DNA of 64,000 nucleotides from Minutocellus sp. GHC0000111. Its lineage: Eukaryota. Of this stretch, positions 22,818-36,300 are shown piece after piece; the first letter of the stretch is position 1; each line of letters starts with the position of its first letter. The stretch lies in the NCBI GenBank assembly GCA_977018835.1, contig OZ361258.1, forward strand, positions 372,001-436,000, in the 5' to 3' direction. A program made the translations under genes and the position numbers. The notes under the pieces are model-generated. The model was not told where the DNA came from and ran no database searches. It saw only the letters and a program-made list of their open reading frames with translations.

Positions 22818-25800
22818 TTACTGCTGGGAGATGCCTTGCATAGAGTTGCGAAAGCCCAACGTGAATAGAGCAGCCATCTCGTCACTCATGGATGAGGCAT
22901 CAACAATACCGTTTTGGGCTTGCGAGACACCAGCGATGCGATGCGGAGTGCCGTTCACATACTTGGTGTCCCAGAGGAAGTTGGCCTCGCGGTAAGCGGG
23001 AACGCACGCCATGAGGGCAAGGGGATCGTACATGTTTAAATTCTCGAGGAGTCCCCAGATGGATTCCTCGGCGTTCTTATCGGTGTCATCCGTGCCGAAG
23101 AAGGTCCGGCAGAACCATGTCCGGTCACACCGAGGAGGAAGCTTCTCTCGACGAGGATCATCGTCGGGATAATTCACCTTCTTCCAAAGCGAATTGATTG
23201 AGTTCACACTGACTCCCTTGATGTTGTGGGCAACCATGTGTTCCGTCTCACAAAGGCTCTCAAGAACCGACACAGCGATGGGACAGCCGCAGGCTGCATA
23301 CCGTGATATCGTGAGTGTCGGAATGCGGAGCTCTTGACAACGTCGGTAGACATAGGATGCTGCCTTCATGTCTCAGTTGTTGTTATAGGCCGTATCGGGC
23401 TCGACAAATTCACTGGCATCATCAAGTGGCTTGAGGCCGCCCATCACAACAAGCTCCTTTACCTTTTGCTGGAACAATTCTTCATAGTCTTGCAGTATAG
23501 TAGCAACATCAGTGAGGGCGGCGATGATAAGAAGCTGTACCGACTTGTCAGGTGATGCTCGAAGGCCTTCCACCATGAGTTGAACTCCATCCTTGACGAC
23601 ACAGGAGCACGGTCTTGCGTAGTCAGCAGAGTACACCTCCAACTCCACTCCTTCGGCAACTCCTCCCGAACTGCCCACACCGACAGGTACTCCAGGCATC
23701 CCGAGGGAGTCGAGGACCCCCCTCGCAAGGTGGGCTCGCTTCTCCTGTGGAGCAAGAGTGGAAATGATAGCGATGGGATTGAGAAGGTGCATCCGTTTGA
23801 GCGCGGAAAGCAGGACCAGGCAGTACTCGTCGTCGACATCTCGTCCGACGTCAGTGACAACAATGATGGGCGAGCCTTTAGAGAAAATGTCCATGCACTG
23901 CGGGCTATTTGCGATGGCCAGCTCCGCGGGGGACTTCATTTCGGTTGCCTTGCATTGATCTGTCTCGGTAGCAATCTCTGCATTGATCTCGCTGACCTCT
24001 TGAGTGCACTTTTCCAACTCGGCGGCACGCTGACCTTCCTTGAAGTTGATCTGATGGATGGTAATGGCACGCTCGAAGACATCGCGGGCCTTTCGGAGGT
24101 CGCCGGTAGAGCGAAGGACCTTGCCGTAATTCATAAGATTCGGGATCATGTTGGCATGGTTTTTGGGGAAGGCAGATTCGCAGATGTCAATGCACTCATG
24201 TAGAAAGTCTCTGGCATCGCATGATCGCCCAGACGCGTAGTAGCAGGAAGCAAGAACACTCAAAGCGTGAGCGTAGGCTGGATGGGAAGTGCCAAACACT
24301 ATCTTGCGAATCTTGACGGCATGCATTGCCAGTGGAATGCCTTCACAGCCTCGGTCTAACGAACAAAGACTCTCGGCACAGTAGTTGAGCGATTCAGATA
24401 CCAGGCCGTGTGAAAAATCAAGATACTTGAAGCGCGAGAAGAGCGCCATCCGGTGTTCGCTGTATGCCTCGCTGAAACGCTTCAGACCAAACAAGGTGCA
24501 GCCAAGCTGCGTGAAGGAAATCGCTAGCTCGAGTTCAGTGCCCGAACCTTCCTCGGCGGCAAGGTTGCGGATATCGAGAGCCTCTCGATGAAGAGCTTCG
24601 GCTGACGGTAGATCACCGGACTTCCTCAAAATCTCCGCGTATCCAGCAATCTGGCCGGCAAGCCACAAGCTCGAACGCGATTCCTGAATATTCCTTGCAA
24701 TCGGCAGTGCCTTTTCATAGAGCTCTTTGGCATCTTTGTACTTGCTCTTGTTTTGGTAAAGCGTGGCAAGGGAGGTGAGGACATGAACGTACATCTGCTC
24801 GTCGCCGTCAAGTTCGGCCATTGCCCTTTCAGTTTCCGCGAGACATTGCGTCAGGACCTTCTCGGATTCTTCGTACCGTGCCAGCTCACGCAGGCAGTTG
24901 CCAAGTTTCACGGTAGGTAGAAGCCGGGACCGAAGCAAAGGCTTGGGAGTCATCTTGCCTTGCATACTCAGCGCTTCCTCGTACATTCTTGTGGCCTCGG
25001 TGAAGTTATAGATCTCTTCTGCTCGCTTGCCAGCTTCCATGTACTGATTGAATGCGCTGCCCCATTTCTGGGCCAACGAACAGTGCCTAGCAAGGAGACG
25101 ATGGACGTCGCCTTTGCCAACTTCGCCTAGGTCAATATCAACCCTGCGCTCAAACACCTCAACGATCATGCTGTGGATCTTCTGACGCTGGCTGTTAATC
25201 AGAAGCGATTTGACGGCCTCGTATACTGCCTGATGCTTCCACTTGTACCGATTGCCGTCGCACATTTCGAAGGCATCATACGACGACGCAAGGCGCTTGA
25301 TCTTGGGAATGAAATCGAGGTCACCAGTTAATGCATTGTAAACGTCTGCATCGAACGAGTAACCGATACAGCTCGCGATCTTGAGCGCGTCCCAGAGGAT
25401 CGGAGACAGGTCGTTGAATGCTGCAAGGACGATGCTGCTGAGCTCCCGGGGGATGATATCGTCGTCAGAGTGAGCATCAAGAGCCTTGAAGGACATGCTA
25501 TTGTGACTCTCGACGTACTCGATGAGATCCTTGTCGAGCGCCCAACGGACAATGTATTCGATGAACTGAGGACATCCGTTCGCGCGATGGTGGACGGCAT
25601 CCAGCATCTTCTCATCAATGCCGATGCCATTCTCACGGACGCCGAGGAGAACTTTAAGGTAGATCTCAGTCTCGTACTTCTCAAAGGGCGTGAGCTGCGT
25701 GTGAGGATTTGATGGAAAGAAAGGCAGGACAAATTAGAAATTAGTTAAACGAAAACAAAAAGCAATATTCCTTGAGCTAACCATGGAGGCGGGTGCCAAT

Positions 25801-28800
25801 ACCAATGCCAAACGTACCTTGACGTGGATAATGTCATCGCTGAGAGAGGTTGTCATGGCGGAAGGTACTGCCGGAGCGCTTCGAGAGGAAATCACAAACA
25901 TGAGCTTTGGGCACTGCTTGACTGCGCGCAGCATAAGCTCGGAGATTAGACTCCACGAGGATGGGTCAATCTCTCCGTCACCTTCAAACACGAGCATGAC
26001 TGGCTGTAGAGGTTTGAGAACCTTGATGAATGATTCCACGATGGCCTTGGTCATTGTCTTTGGATTCTTTGGGAGAAGACTAATGAGTTGAGCGTCGGAA
26101 ATACTGGGAATGATACTGCCGAGCATCATTCGATCCGTCTTGGAGAGTATCTTGTGAGTGAGGAGCTCGTCCACAGCCTTGGCCTCATTGTCAAATTCTT
26201 CCTCGGAGCTGGACACGGTGGCAGCACATTACTTCAATGCCGACATTGTAATCTGTCGGAATGGAAAGTAGGAAGTAAAACAGTCAAGAGATGTTCGGAA
26301 GGACTGAAGAATTGTGAAACCCTTGTCCGTCGCACGGTTGTTTAGCTCCTGGATCATTCTCGATTTGCCTAGGAATGGGCCTCCACAAACGAGGACGGTC
26401 TTGGGGCGCCCACGAAGAACCCCGTCGACTGCGGAGAGCATCGTCTTCATATCGAATTGGCGCGAAGGCATTAATATGAATGGCTGTGAGCTCTTCTTTG
26501 TGTCATCAACGACGTTGGTCTGGACGATTCTATCCTGCGGTACATATGCATGGAACGGCTCGTCGATGCCCTTGACCTTGATCTCCTCGGACTTGATGAA
26601 GCTAATGTATTTCTTGGAGTTGGTGAAGATACGCTTGGAGACGAGAATGCCCTGGTTTGGTGCCTTGCCCATCAACCTTGCTGCGGTATTGACTTCGGTG
26701 CCCATAACAACGTAGTCAGCACAGAAACAATCCCCGAACGATACTCCCAGCGAGAAGTTGCGGAATTCTAGCTTCTTGAGAGCATCTTGCATCCTCATGG
26801 CACACATGGTTGCATCGAAGCATGGATTTGCGCCATGGCTGTGAGCACCAAACACCGAAATGAAAACACATCCCTTGTCGTCGAAAGACATTTCCTTCAC
26901 AGCACCATCGCAACTATGAGTGATCCGTGACATGGAAACAAACACACCGTTCATCTTGCGCAAAAGGACGGCATCCCGAGCATCGACGTTGGATAAATCA
27001 TGAAGACCAGCAAAGACGATAGCCACCGGTCGCAGCTCGTTGAGAAGGATAGACATACCGTCTTGGGCATGGTCCGACCTTCGTGCTGCCAATGATCCAA
27101 GGTAGGCTTTGGCAAATGGATGGACGTCATGATTCAATATCAGTTCGTCGGCTGTCTCGGAGTCATCATCAAATTCACTCAAGAACTCGGCAGTGAGCTT
27201 CCAGGATTTTCGTCGAACAAAATTCGGTAAATTAGGGAGCTCTTCCTCTGGTTCCATTAGCGCCGCGAGTGGTTTACTCACTTCAACTATTGCAAGCTCC
27301 TTGGTGATAGGCTCGTCGAGCCCGTCGATCAGGATCTCGCCTCTGTCGGCCTTGTTGAGTAGATGGCCTGCTGCTCTCAAGGGAGTCCCCGAGACAACAA
27401 ACGTACAATCTCCAGGTCGCGTCGATGGCCGGCCAAGGAAGTAGCAACGAACCACTCCATGCGATGAGCCGCCGTGGATGGTAAAGTCCTTCCCCTCCAA
27501 GTTCGAGCTTGTAAAGACCTTGTTGCAGCAGGATCTTACTCTCGCAATGGTTTCCTCTCGTCTAGCAGCGTTGGTGTCAGCAGCTGTGCGCCTCAGCTGC
27601 CCATCGGATTCGGTGATGGGCGGGTCAAGCGGACGCTCGTCGAAAAGACAAATCAGAGCGTCGCCGGCAAACATAAGAACATCTCCACCACAATCGTAGA
27701 CGTGCTCTACCATTGTACTAAGGATAGTATCGACGCGGTGGGCAAATTCTGCGGCACCTTCCGAGTCTCCTAGCTTCTTTTTTAATCGCTCGCCAAGGGC
27801 AGTGAAGCCGGACACATCGAGAATCAGAACTGATCCCTTGACATCACGGCACTCGGGAAGAGCCCTCGGACGCCGAAGGCGCATCCTCAGTTCGATCGCA
27901 GCTGCCGCAGCGGCTCCGGCCTTCTCGACACTGTCAGAACTGACCATGGAGGCACGTTGTCTCACAGCAGCACTTGGACAGGCGTAGGATTCTCGCAGTA
28001 TTTGTGGCAAATAGCGCAAACTACGCGGGTTCAGTCTTTCTTCTTCTACTTCGGATGGGTCCAATCCAGCGTACACCAATGAGCCAGTCATAATCGACGA
28101 ATCGGAGGATGTTCCAGCAGTTGAACGTGGCCTTCCACTCGAATATCCCCTATCTCGAGAACTCATGGAGTTGCGGCGTTGGTAAGGGCCACGGACATCA
28201 TCGTCCAAACTAATGTCTTGTTCCCCAAGATCTAATTCTTCGAGGACGGGAAGGGGGGCATCAGTCATCATTCTCGTGTTGAGAGTGGCCATAGATCTGT
28301 TGAATGTGTTGGATGGATCGGAGTAAACTGTTTCTTCTCCATCCTCGTCCAGAGAGGGTAAGGAGGCCCCGTCCAAGCTATCGCCAGATGACCGGCGATG
28401 TCCATCTACACCAATATAAGTGCCCGTCAACCCTGTCGCTGCATCAACATCCCTATCACCCATGATGTTCGAAGAAGTTTCAGCCTTTTCTCGGTCAAAG
28501 ACACTGAGAACGCTTCCGATGCTGCGTCTGGAATGAGACATGGATGACTTGCGCGTGTCGATGCTGGATTTGCGACTGGAGCCAAAAGTCGAATGGCTGT
28601 GACTACCACCGATGCTAACGCTCCGCATGGCTTTTGAGGAGGATGTGCTTGACTCTGATATCGACGCCATCGATATCGACCCCCCTCTCAAGTGCCGGAT
28701 CGATCGAGACTTTTGACCCATGCTCAATCGGCCCGAGAGGCGTTGGCTGTAATTCGGCGCCCCGAATGCGATGCTTCTCGAACGGCGATCAACAAAGTGT

Positions 28801-30900
28801 CTGCCTGTCGTCAAGTCCAGTACGGCGAGGTTCTGGCCCTGCATAATGCCCTTGGCGGACGCAGCGGATACGGAAACGATACCAACATCGGGAAGATAGG
28901 CAGACCCTCCCGCCTTGGGAGATGTTGGCGTTGAGTCATCGTCAAGTGCGGTACCTCTTCTAAGGGGAGACTTGGGAGTAGGCATTGTATTCGATGATGG
29001 AGGCGGAACAACAGCCTCGGACTCGGGAATGGCGAGCTTTGCGGCGGCCAACGTGCCGCCATACGATGCTCTGCGACCCATCCGTTTCCCAGGGGGAAGT
29101 TCCGTGGCTCTCTCGTTCATTTTGGCGGTAGGATCTGCCGTACCTCCAACCCGTTGGACGGTCGAAGCACCAGTCGATCCAGACTCAACACTGGCTTGAC
29201 TATCATCTATTGGCGAAATATTCAAATCGCTCCCGTCGGAATCTTTTGCTATTGAAGCCTTGGCATCTTGAGGAATGTCCTGATCACCGGCCTTGACAAC
29301 GAAGGACATGGATGAGTGTCGTGACATCTTGCCCGTCTGAAGAGCGGCCCCGGGATCATTGGGTAGAAAGGACCCCTCCGTGTCGGTCGACCATCGCCGG
29401 AACGAGGACGGACGGCGTTCGCTGGCGTGCTTTGTTGGTACTTCAAGGGGCAGCGAGAATTCTTGTCCGACTACAGATACCGGCGGTTGCTTTGAAGAAG
29501 GTGGCTGGGCGCCACCAATGTCCCACTCGGCATTGGCTCCACCGGCCTTGGAATCCCCATTGCTGTCCCGCCGAGGCACATAGGGCACGCCCATATCCCC
29601 GAGCGGGTCGAGGCGGGTCTGGCTTGGCCGTTTCGGCAGGTTCTTCCCCGACGCTCGCTGTCCTCGCTCCCAGAGGGAGACGGATCCGACACTGTCCCCG
29701 TCGTCGTCTGGTACATCAAGGTCACTCACATCGTCCTCGTCGGCAGCAGCACCGTCGTCGGTGGCTGGAGCGTCGGAAGTGGTACTGCTCTCGTCCTCCT
29801 CCCCAGCCTCCAGGATGCTATCACGCTTGCTGAATCGTGACGACAAGGTGCCGGGGGATGTGGGGGCCACCCCTGCTGCAGTCGAACACGCTTCGCCGGC
29901 ACCACTCGAATGCTTGCTGTCCTGCCCACCATCGTCGGCGTCCTCGTCGCTATCGCTCAATCCATCTCCGTACGACTTGCGTCCCGTCAGGTACGACCCC
30001 AGGACGGCCCGGCTGCTCTTGGCCTTGCGCGTCTGCCGGATGAGAGAACGACCCCCCCATGCTCTGCCGCCGGATGGGATCGTACTCGTCGTCGTTGGAA
30101 TTGCGCCCATCGGGCAGCGACGATCGCGGTTTGGCCGACCCCCCCCGCAGGGAGGTTCGACGTCGCACGAGGGGATTGCCGTAGGCGTCAATGTTGTACG
30201 GGTCGGCTATCGGCCGCTGCTGTGGTTGCTGGGTGTGGGTAAAGTTGTGATCGAGGGAGGAGTGGCGGGGCTCACCGGCGTCGGCGTTGTTAGCGTTGGC
30301 CCCCTCCTCCCGCAGTGGCCCTGGTCGTGGAGCGACCGAGTGGATGGAATGCCTCCGTCCGGTCGTCAAGGTCGAAGCTCCCGAGGCAGCAGCTGCCGCT
30401 GCAGGTCTTGCCATCCGGCTATCTCCGACAGCATGGTCATTCTCCGACGAACAATCATCGTCATTGTCGAACTCCTGCGCTGTCGGCAGGGAATTCCCCC
30501 TCGGTCGGCTTCGGTTGGCGCTGGCGTTGCTCCCCGCCGCGGCAGCTTCCGCAACCATCGCCGCCGTCGGCGAAGACGGTGGGGCGGCAGCAGCAGCAGC
30601 AGCATCGTCTTGCACATCCTCCACAGCCTCGGCGGTAGATCTAGCAGTATCATTATCCGCCTCGTGGACATTGGTCGGGCTAACGGCCGGAGGACCCCGG
30701 CCGGGCGGAACCACCCTGTCCTCGTGATGGACCGCGCTCTGCCCCGCCGACTGGACGGCACTAACTCTTCGTATTGTTGTCTGCTGCTCTGCCGCTGCCT
30801 GTTGCGCCTGGCCGGTATTATTGTCATGCCTCGCTGCTCCGCCACCGCGTGCACGAGGAGCACGAGCACCGGTAGCATCTCGGCCTATCATTTCCGGCAT
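22818..30900 (-). pseudogene. Soluble adenylyl cyclase (ADCY10-like)-STAND NTPase-TPR-nucleoside hydrolase fusion, interrupted
   Basis: ILDVSGFTAL/FAGDAL (C1), FDDKG/VNTAARLM (C2), Walker A GGPFLGKS, TPR repeats, TDVGRDVDD hydrolase motif. Intron 25695..25817; in-frame TAA 26229..26231 and TGA 23373..23375; frameshift in C7 run ~30055. Confidence 0.8.
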
Positions 30901-32423
30901 AACTTGTGCCGCGGTTTCGTGCTCAGCATCGGCACGGCCGTGAGAGCCCAGCGCCCCGCCGCTCAGCGCGTCCAGGCTCGAACCCGAGGACGACTGTCCC
31001 CCCGCGCTGCCGCTGCCGCTGCCAGCGGCGGTACCGACCGACCAGTATGTGGTTTTGAGGCCGGAAAAAAGAAATGACCCGCACGTGCCACTCCTGTCTG
31101 CTAAACGAACGGCTCAGCGGGCAGTTCCAAGCTGAAGATACCGTGCTACTTCCGCTAGGCACCGACAGTACCACCCCAAGAGTGCCAATAAGATGGAAGC
31201 CGATCGAACGGCCAAGCCTTACGCAATCGGGTGAAATTCCGTCTGGACGGCCGACAAAGTGCTTGGCGTTGTTTTGTCGCTTGTGATTGCCGGGCCGGGA
31301 TAATTAAAAAAAACCAGCACGTGTCGTGCGTGCTAAATGAAAGGTTTGGAATGAATCACCCAGCGGGAAAAGATACGCCCGGCAATAACTGGAAGGACGG
31401 TAGCGAGCTTAGCTTCTGGTCTACCGATCCGTGCGGGGTTCGTTCCTCTCTGCCGGTTCCGGACGGCCGCCGCTGGCGTGCCCCGCTGTAATGCGCATGC
31501 AGCAATCGCGGCGGGCAAAAACCGGAAAGAGGCCGACTTGCAGGCTTGCAGGTTGTGCGAGGACGCGGAGAATATGAGCGAAAGGGACCGAGTGGTTTGT
31601 GGAGGGCTTCTCACCCACAAAATAAAAAAAATGCTCGTTCTTCCACACTCCACGTCATCAAGGCTCTAAATTTTCCCCGTCGGATGGATGCGCGCCGTGC
31701 CATTCGAAAAGGGGAAGAACAGACATGACGCGTCGAGACATCAGGAAGAAAGATTTATTTGCAACACTGCAACTTGGCGGGAGACGGACGGACGAAATCC
31801 TCGAACCTTGATCTGACTGGAGACGAAGGAGAGCAGAGTGTGGTGGTTGGCGGAAATTGCTTGACTGCTGCACAGGAATAATGACGCATTTTGCTTCATG
31901 GGAAATAAGACAAAGGAGAACTCAGTGACATTATGTTGTCTACCAATTAATTGGTAGATCTACGAATGAAGCCTGCGCATCAGTTGAAGACACAAATGAG
32001 ATCAAATGATCCTCTCAGACTGCTGCTGGTGATGATGAAGTCTCGCTCACTCTCAACGTCAGGCACAGGCAGCTTGCACTCACTCCCCAACGCTGTGATA
32101 AATTAGCTGCTGAAGTTTCCAGAGACTTTCTAGTTTTCGATTAGATACTCTGACACGAAATCCGTCTGCTTTTCTTGCAGAGAATGCATTGCCGCAATCC
32201 AGAGATCGCCAAGATCTGCTCACATTAGAAACTCTTATGCGATACCCCTCCTGTTAATGGTCCGACATGCATGGCACAAACTATCGCAGACCCCAAAGAA
32301 AGTATGCTTGTTCGAATGGCGTACGATCGCATTTGCGATTTCAAAAACAGGTAGTATGGAGAGATCCCGGTAATTTAATTTGTTTCCACGTTTTCAAAGT
32401 CAGCTAGCTATGCGTATTCAGTT

Positions 32424-33053
32424 TCATGGCATCGGCGGCGCAGTGACCACGCTGTATACTGCGATCCCCACACTCGCCGCGGCAATTGTAAACAACAAAT
32501 AAGCCACAATCAGTGCATCCTTGCCCAATACCTGCCGCCCCCGTGAGCTGGTCGGATTATTGTCTTCCCCAATCGTAATCAATGGGTTGCCGTCATCATC
32601 CAGCATCACATCCTGCGGTTTGGGGATGACCACGGAGTCCTTGCCGGTTCCAAAGGTTGCACCGACGGCTATTCTGCGCCAGAACTCCACGGTGGCCCAG
32701 CCAAAAGGGATGAGTCCGATGATGAAAACGATGACATTGGCGGTATTGCTCAGAGGTTCGACCGATAGTGGTGGTGGTGGGGCCTGCACCACGTCAGACG
32801 AAAGTAGGAGCATACTGGATACATCCAAGGCCTGCTGAGATTCCGAAACAATATCTGCAATGTGCGATATTTCTGGAGTATGCAGCATTGAGGCTCTGGA
32901 TCGATCTTCTCGTCTTATTTTTGCCCGGCCGCCGACGGAGGTCAGTGGTGATGATGGGCTCGGCGGCGCAAAGGCATGGCACGACGAGGCCGGCACATCA
33001 AGTGCCAGCCCGAGGAATGCAGCTATTAGCACGGCGCAGATCATTGTGTACAT
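32424..33053 (-). CDS. Plastid-targeted two-TM hypothetical protein
   Basis: Signal peptide ending SSCHA-FAP, transit-like region, two hydrophobic helices flanking EFWRRIAVGATFGTG. Confidence 0.7.
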   Translation of the reverse strand: MYTMICAVLIAAFLGLALDVPASSCHAFAPPSPSSPLTSVGGRAKIRREDRSRASMLHTPEISHIADIVSESQQALDVSSMLLLSSDVVQAPPPPLSVEPLSNTANVIVFIIGLIPFGWATVEFWRRIAVGATFGTGKDSVVIPKPQDVMLDDDGNPLITIGEDNNPTSSRGRQVLGKDALIVAYLLFTIAAASVGIAVYSVVTAPPMP

Positions 33054-33357
33054 GTGAATGAATGCACCAAGCAATGAATGTTCCGGTCGTTGCTACCGCT
33101 TTTTGGTATCGTATGGGAACCAACTTACGAGGCCGAATGAGGAAGGCGCCAGAGGGTCTGTTCTGCGTTGGCCTTCAGCCTGCGGGGCTGCTATGCTGGC
33201 TGGCAGATAAAAACGGGATCAGCACTGACTCATCGACGCCCGATACTACGTAGTAAGGAGGAACAGTCAGAAGGCACTGGCAGGTAGGATGGCGGCAACA
33301 CTGAATTAATAGCACATTCCGCAGAGACCACATAACTGCGCAGCTAATGCATTCAAC

Positions 33358-33914
33358 ATGCGTTCGCCCCCCTCGTATCTTGCTATCTTGCTGACCCTCT
33401 TGGCCAGTACATGTAATCCTCGCCCGGTCAGAGCCCTCTCCAGCACACCAAAGCTACTTCGAGGAGTAGCAATGATATCGGCCAAGAGGGGACAAAGGAT
33501 GAATCGTCAGTGGTTCATGGAGTGCTTTACTCGCTGACAGAAGAAGACTTTGCGTCGGTATGTCAAACGGAGGGGGTACCATTTGCCTACACGTTGCACC
33601 GATGTCGAGTTCTACCATACAAGGGCAATGGAAAAGACGCAGGAAGAAGAGCTATGGAAGAGCAATCAACCAAAAGCATACCAGCTTATACCCTTCGAGC
33701 GGCCAGCAAGGCACTTCGGGCACAGCCAAAATCTGCGGATGCGGCACCAAGTCAGAGCTATGCCAATGTATTGATCCGTGGAGCAAAAGAATTTGGTTTG
33801 GGTGCAGATTATTTGCATATGCTCGAAACTATGCCAACGGGACAAACGATCGGGGGCGGCACAGCCGAGCGGATGCTCGATGCTGCGATCAAGAGGAAGG
33901 AACTGTTGGGGTAA
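33358..33914 (+). pseudogene. Gamma-glutamylcyclotransferase-like gene lacking its N-terminal core
   Basis: VHGVLYSLTEEDFASVCQTEG..Y and PSQSYANVLIRGAKEFGL..DY motifs; signal-peptide ORF from 33358 is out of frame and no YFxYGSN-type motif is present. Confidence 0.6.
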
Positions 33915-34094
33915 ACACGAAGAACAACTTGATCGAACGCATCGTCCTGTCCAGTGTCTGAATAATGGATATGATTAGATCTCTCAATTTATTTTACGTT
34001 TATCGATTGTCATGTAGCTCTATGTTCAGACATATATCATTTCAAAGTAGGTTTTTGCTCTTTACAAGATGTACAACAATAAAACCCTTTCTGC

Positions 34095-35297
34095 TCAGGC
34101 AGCCTGGGCCCTCTTGGTGTCCTTCCTCGCCAGCGGTAGTATGGCCGTACCGGCCACGTCAGCGTTGGCTCTGGCCTTGGAACGGTCTTGTTGTTGTTGT
34201 TGTTGTTCTTCGGTTACTGGTCGCTGATCTTCTTGAGATGAAAACGATGCCTGGCGGGCGACGGCAGAGGCGGACGATGGCAGGACGATGTGTGCAAGCT
34301 GCTCAAGCTGCTCTTGCTGATCGTGTTCATCATGGGATGGTGATGCCTCCTCCTCTTCCTCTACCCCCTTCATGTCGAACTGCAACTCGTTGCCGTCCTC
34401 GTCGACGCTTCGTGACCGTGCGGCCTCGCACATGCGTCGGAATTCGTCATCGAGTACCACCAGATCGCGATGGGCCCGTTGGATGGCCGTTCGGAGGGAG
34501 ATGGTGGCATCGACGTGATGAGGGGTTGCTGGCTGTGTCGGACGATGTTGTTGGCGTTGCGGGCTAAAATCAAAGTTGCCGTTGGGGGTTGGGTTGGTTG
34601 AGGAATGACCAGTGTTGATACCAATGTCTAGTGACGTCGATGGGACGGCCAAGCTACGCAGGAGCATGGTGCGGAGTCTTGCACGATCACCAGTCATGCT
34701 TCCTTCCTGCCCCTGAGGTGCCGCGTTGAAGTTGGCCTGGTCTGCCTGTGATGGATGCTGGTACCGCTCTTCGTCCTCGTCCTCGTCGGTGTCCATGAGC
34801 AGGCTGGACGTGGTGGTCAGCTGCGGGGCCGAGTAGTGCCCGTTGTAGTACGGTTCGTAGGCGTCGCTGTTTTCAGCGTCACCTGCGTTGCCGGTAGCGT
34901 CACCAGCGGTCATATTAGGCCGGATGCGGTAATCGTACATATTGTTGAGGGTCCGGTCGAGGTCGGCGAGGGTGAGCTCTGGTTCGGTCGGTAGTAGCCG
35001 GTCGTCTTGCGGCATGTGTTGTGCTCCGTTTGTTCTTCGAGGAGGAATGCCCAGTGACGAGGCCAGCAGGGCTCTCCGAAGGCGAGTTCTGGCATCTCGA
35101 CTTTCTTGCCGAAGGAATCCATTGCCGGTTGGTCGTCGGGCATTCATGCTGAGGCCGTTGTTTGGCGTGACTGTCTCTGAGGAGTAGTGGATCGCCGTGG
35201 CTCGGTCCAGGATGTCGGCCAGATGTTGCCGTCGTTCCTCCTCTTCTTCCTCGTCGGGTTGTGCTAGCTCTTCTTCACTTGCGTCGTGGCCATTCAT
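34095..35297 (-). CDS. Hypothetical low-complexity protein
   Basis: 400-aa ATG ORF with coding-like codon usage; no recognisable domain. Confidence 0.6.
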   Translation of the reverse strand: MNGHDASEEELAQPDEEEEEERRQHLADILDRATAIHYSSETVTPNNGLSMNARRPTGNGFLRQESRDARTRLRRALLASSLGIPPRRTNGAQHMPQDDRLLPTEPELTLADLDRTLNNMYDYRIRPNMTAGDATGNAGDAENSDAYEPYYNGHYSAPQLTTTSSLLMDTDEDEDEERYQHPSQADQANFNAAPQGQEGSMTGDRARLRTMLLRSLAVPSTSLDIGINTGHSSTNPTPNGNFDFSPQRQQHRPTQPATPHHVDATISLRTAIQRAHRDLVVLDDEFRRMCEAARSRSVDEDGNELQFDMKGVEEEEEASPSHDEHDQQEQLEQLAHIVLPSSASAVARQASFSSQEDQRPVTEEQQQQQQDRSKARANADVAGTAILPLARKDTKRAQAA

Positions 35298-36300
35298 TTT
35301 GCGTTACTTGAAGTGCGTATTGTGCTTCGCTGTGATTTGCACTTTGCATGCAGTTACCGCGGCAATGATAGCGTTCTGGTTGGTTTTGAGGAGGCATCAA
35401 AAATGACTGGAGGGCAGGTCTTGAGGCCGAACACTTTGAGACGGCATCTCGTCTTGACGTCTCTCTACTTGTGCACGGCGGTAATACTTAAAAGACCGCA
35501 TATGTCTCGCCTGGACCTCGACCTATTCTTTTTCGCCTATCCGCTACGCCCTGTACTACCTCGAAAGCCCTGCTTTCGGCTCATGCAAAAAGAATACGAG
35601 GTAAAGGAACAACAACGATTTCTGATTCAAGTCTTGCTGAAGATGCAGCCCATTCCTTCGCATGATCAAATGAACGAGGCGTCGCGCACTTTGCCTTCCC
35701 CAACTTTCCAGGATGAACGACGATGAGCAGGCCTGCCCCAACTGATATTTCCGACTCATACAGAAGTGACGCCAACATATTCTCCATGGAGAATTGCGTC
35801 ATGCGGGGGGCCGAAGCAAAGATCCACGTCAATGAAGTGCCAAACCGCACAAATTGCACCCCTCAACGGCACAAAATGCAGCATCATCACGACCAGATGG
35901 ATCACATTGATACTTTCCCTTGTAGGCCGTGGAGGCTCTTTGATATTCGATTGGCCCGCAATTTGGAACAATCAACGCAACTTCGCGGCCAAAAAAAAAG
36001 AAGTTTGCTATCATTTGACTTTCATATCAAAACAACATTGATACTAGTAACAACTCACCGAGCAAAATGCCAAACACACTTTCCAGGTCGACCTTGGCAT
36101 CAAGGAGTTCAAGGTACCAGCAGCGCCCTCCTTCACACTACGCGCGCCGTAATCACCACCGAAGCGAAACGGACACCAACATGCGTTTAGCAAACCTGCA
36201 CAGACTGGGCAATAAACCAACAACACCCCAAGATGCACAGGAGTTCTATTTCATCAAACCAACCCGCATACTTGCCAAAGGAACTCAGCACCACCAAACG

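Noticed and set aside
31960..32380. Coding-like stretch with several stops
   Set aside because: No recognisable homology or intact frame; cannot support a call.
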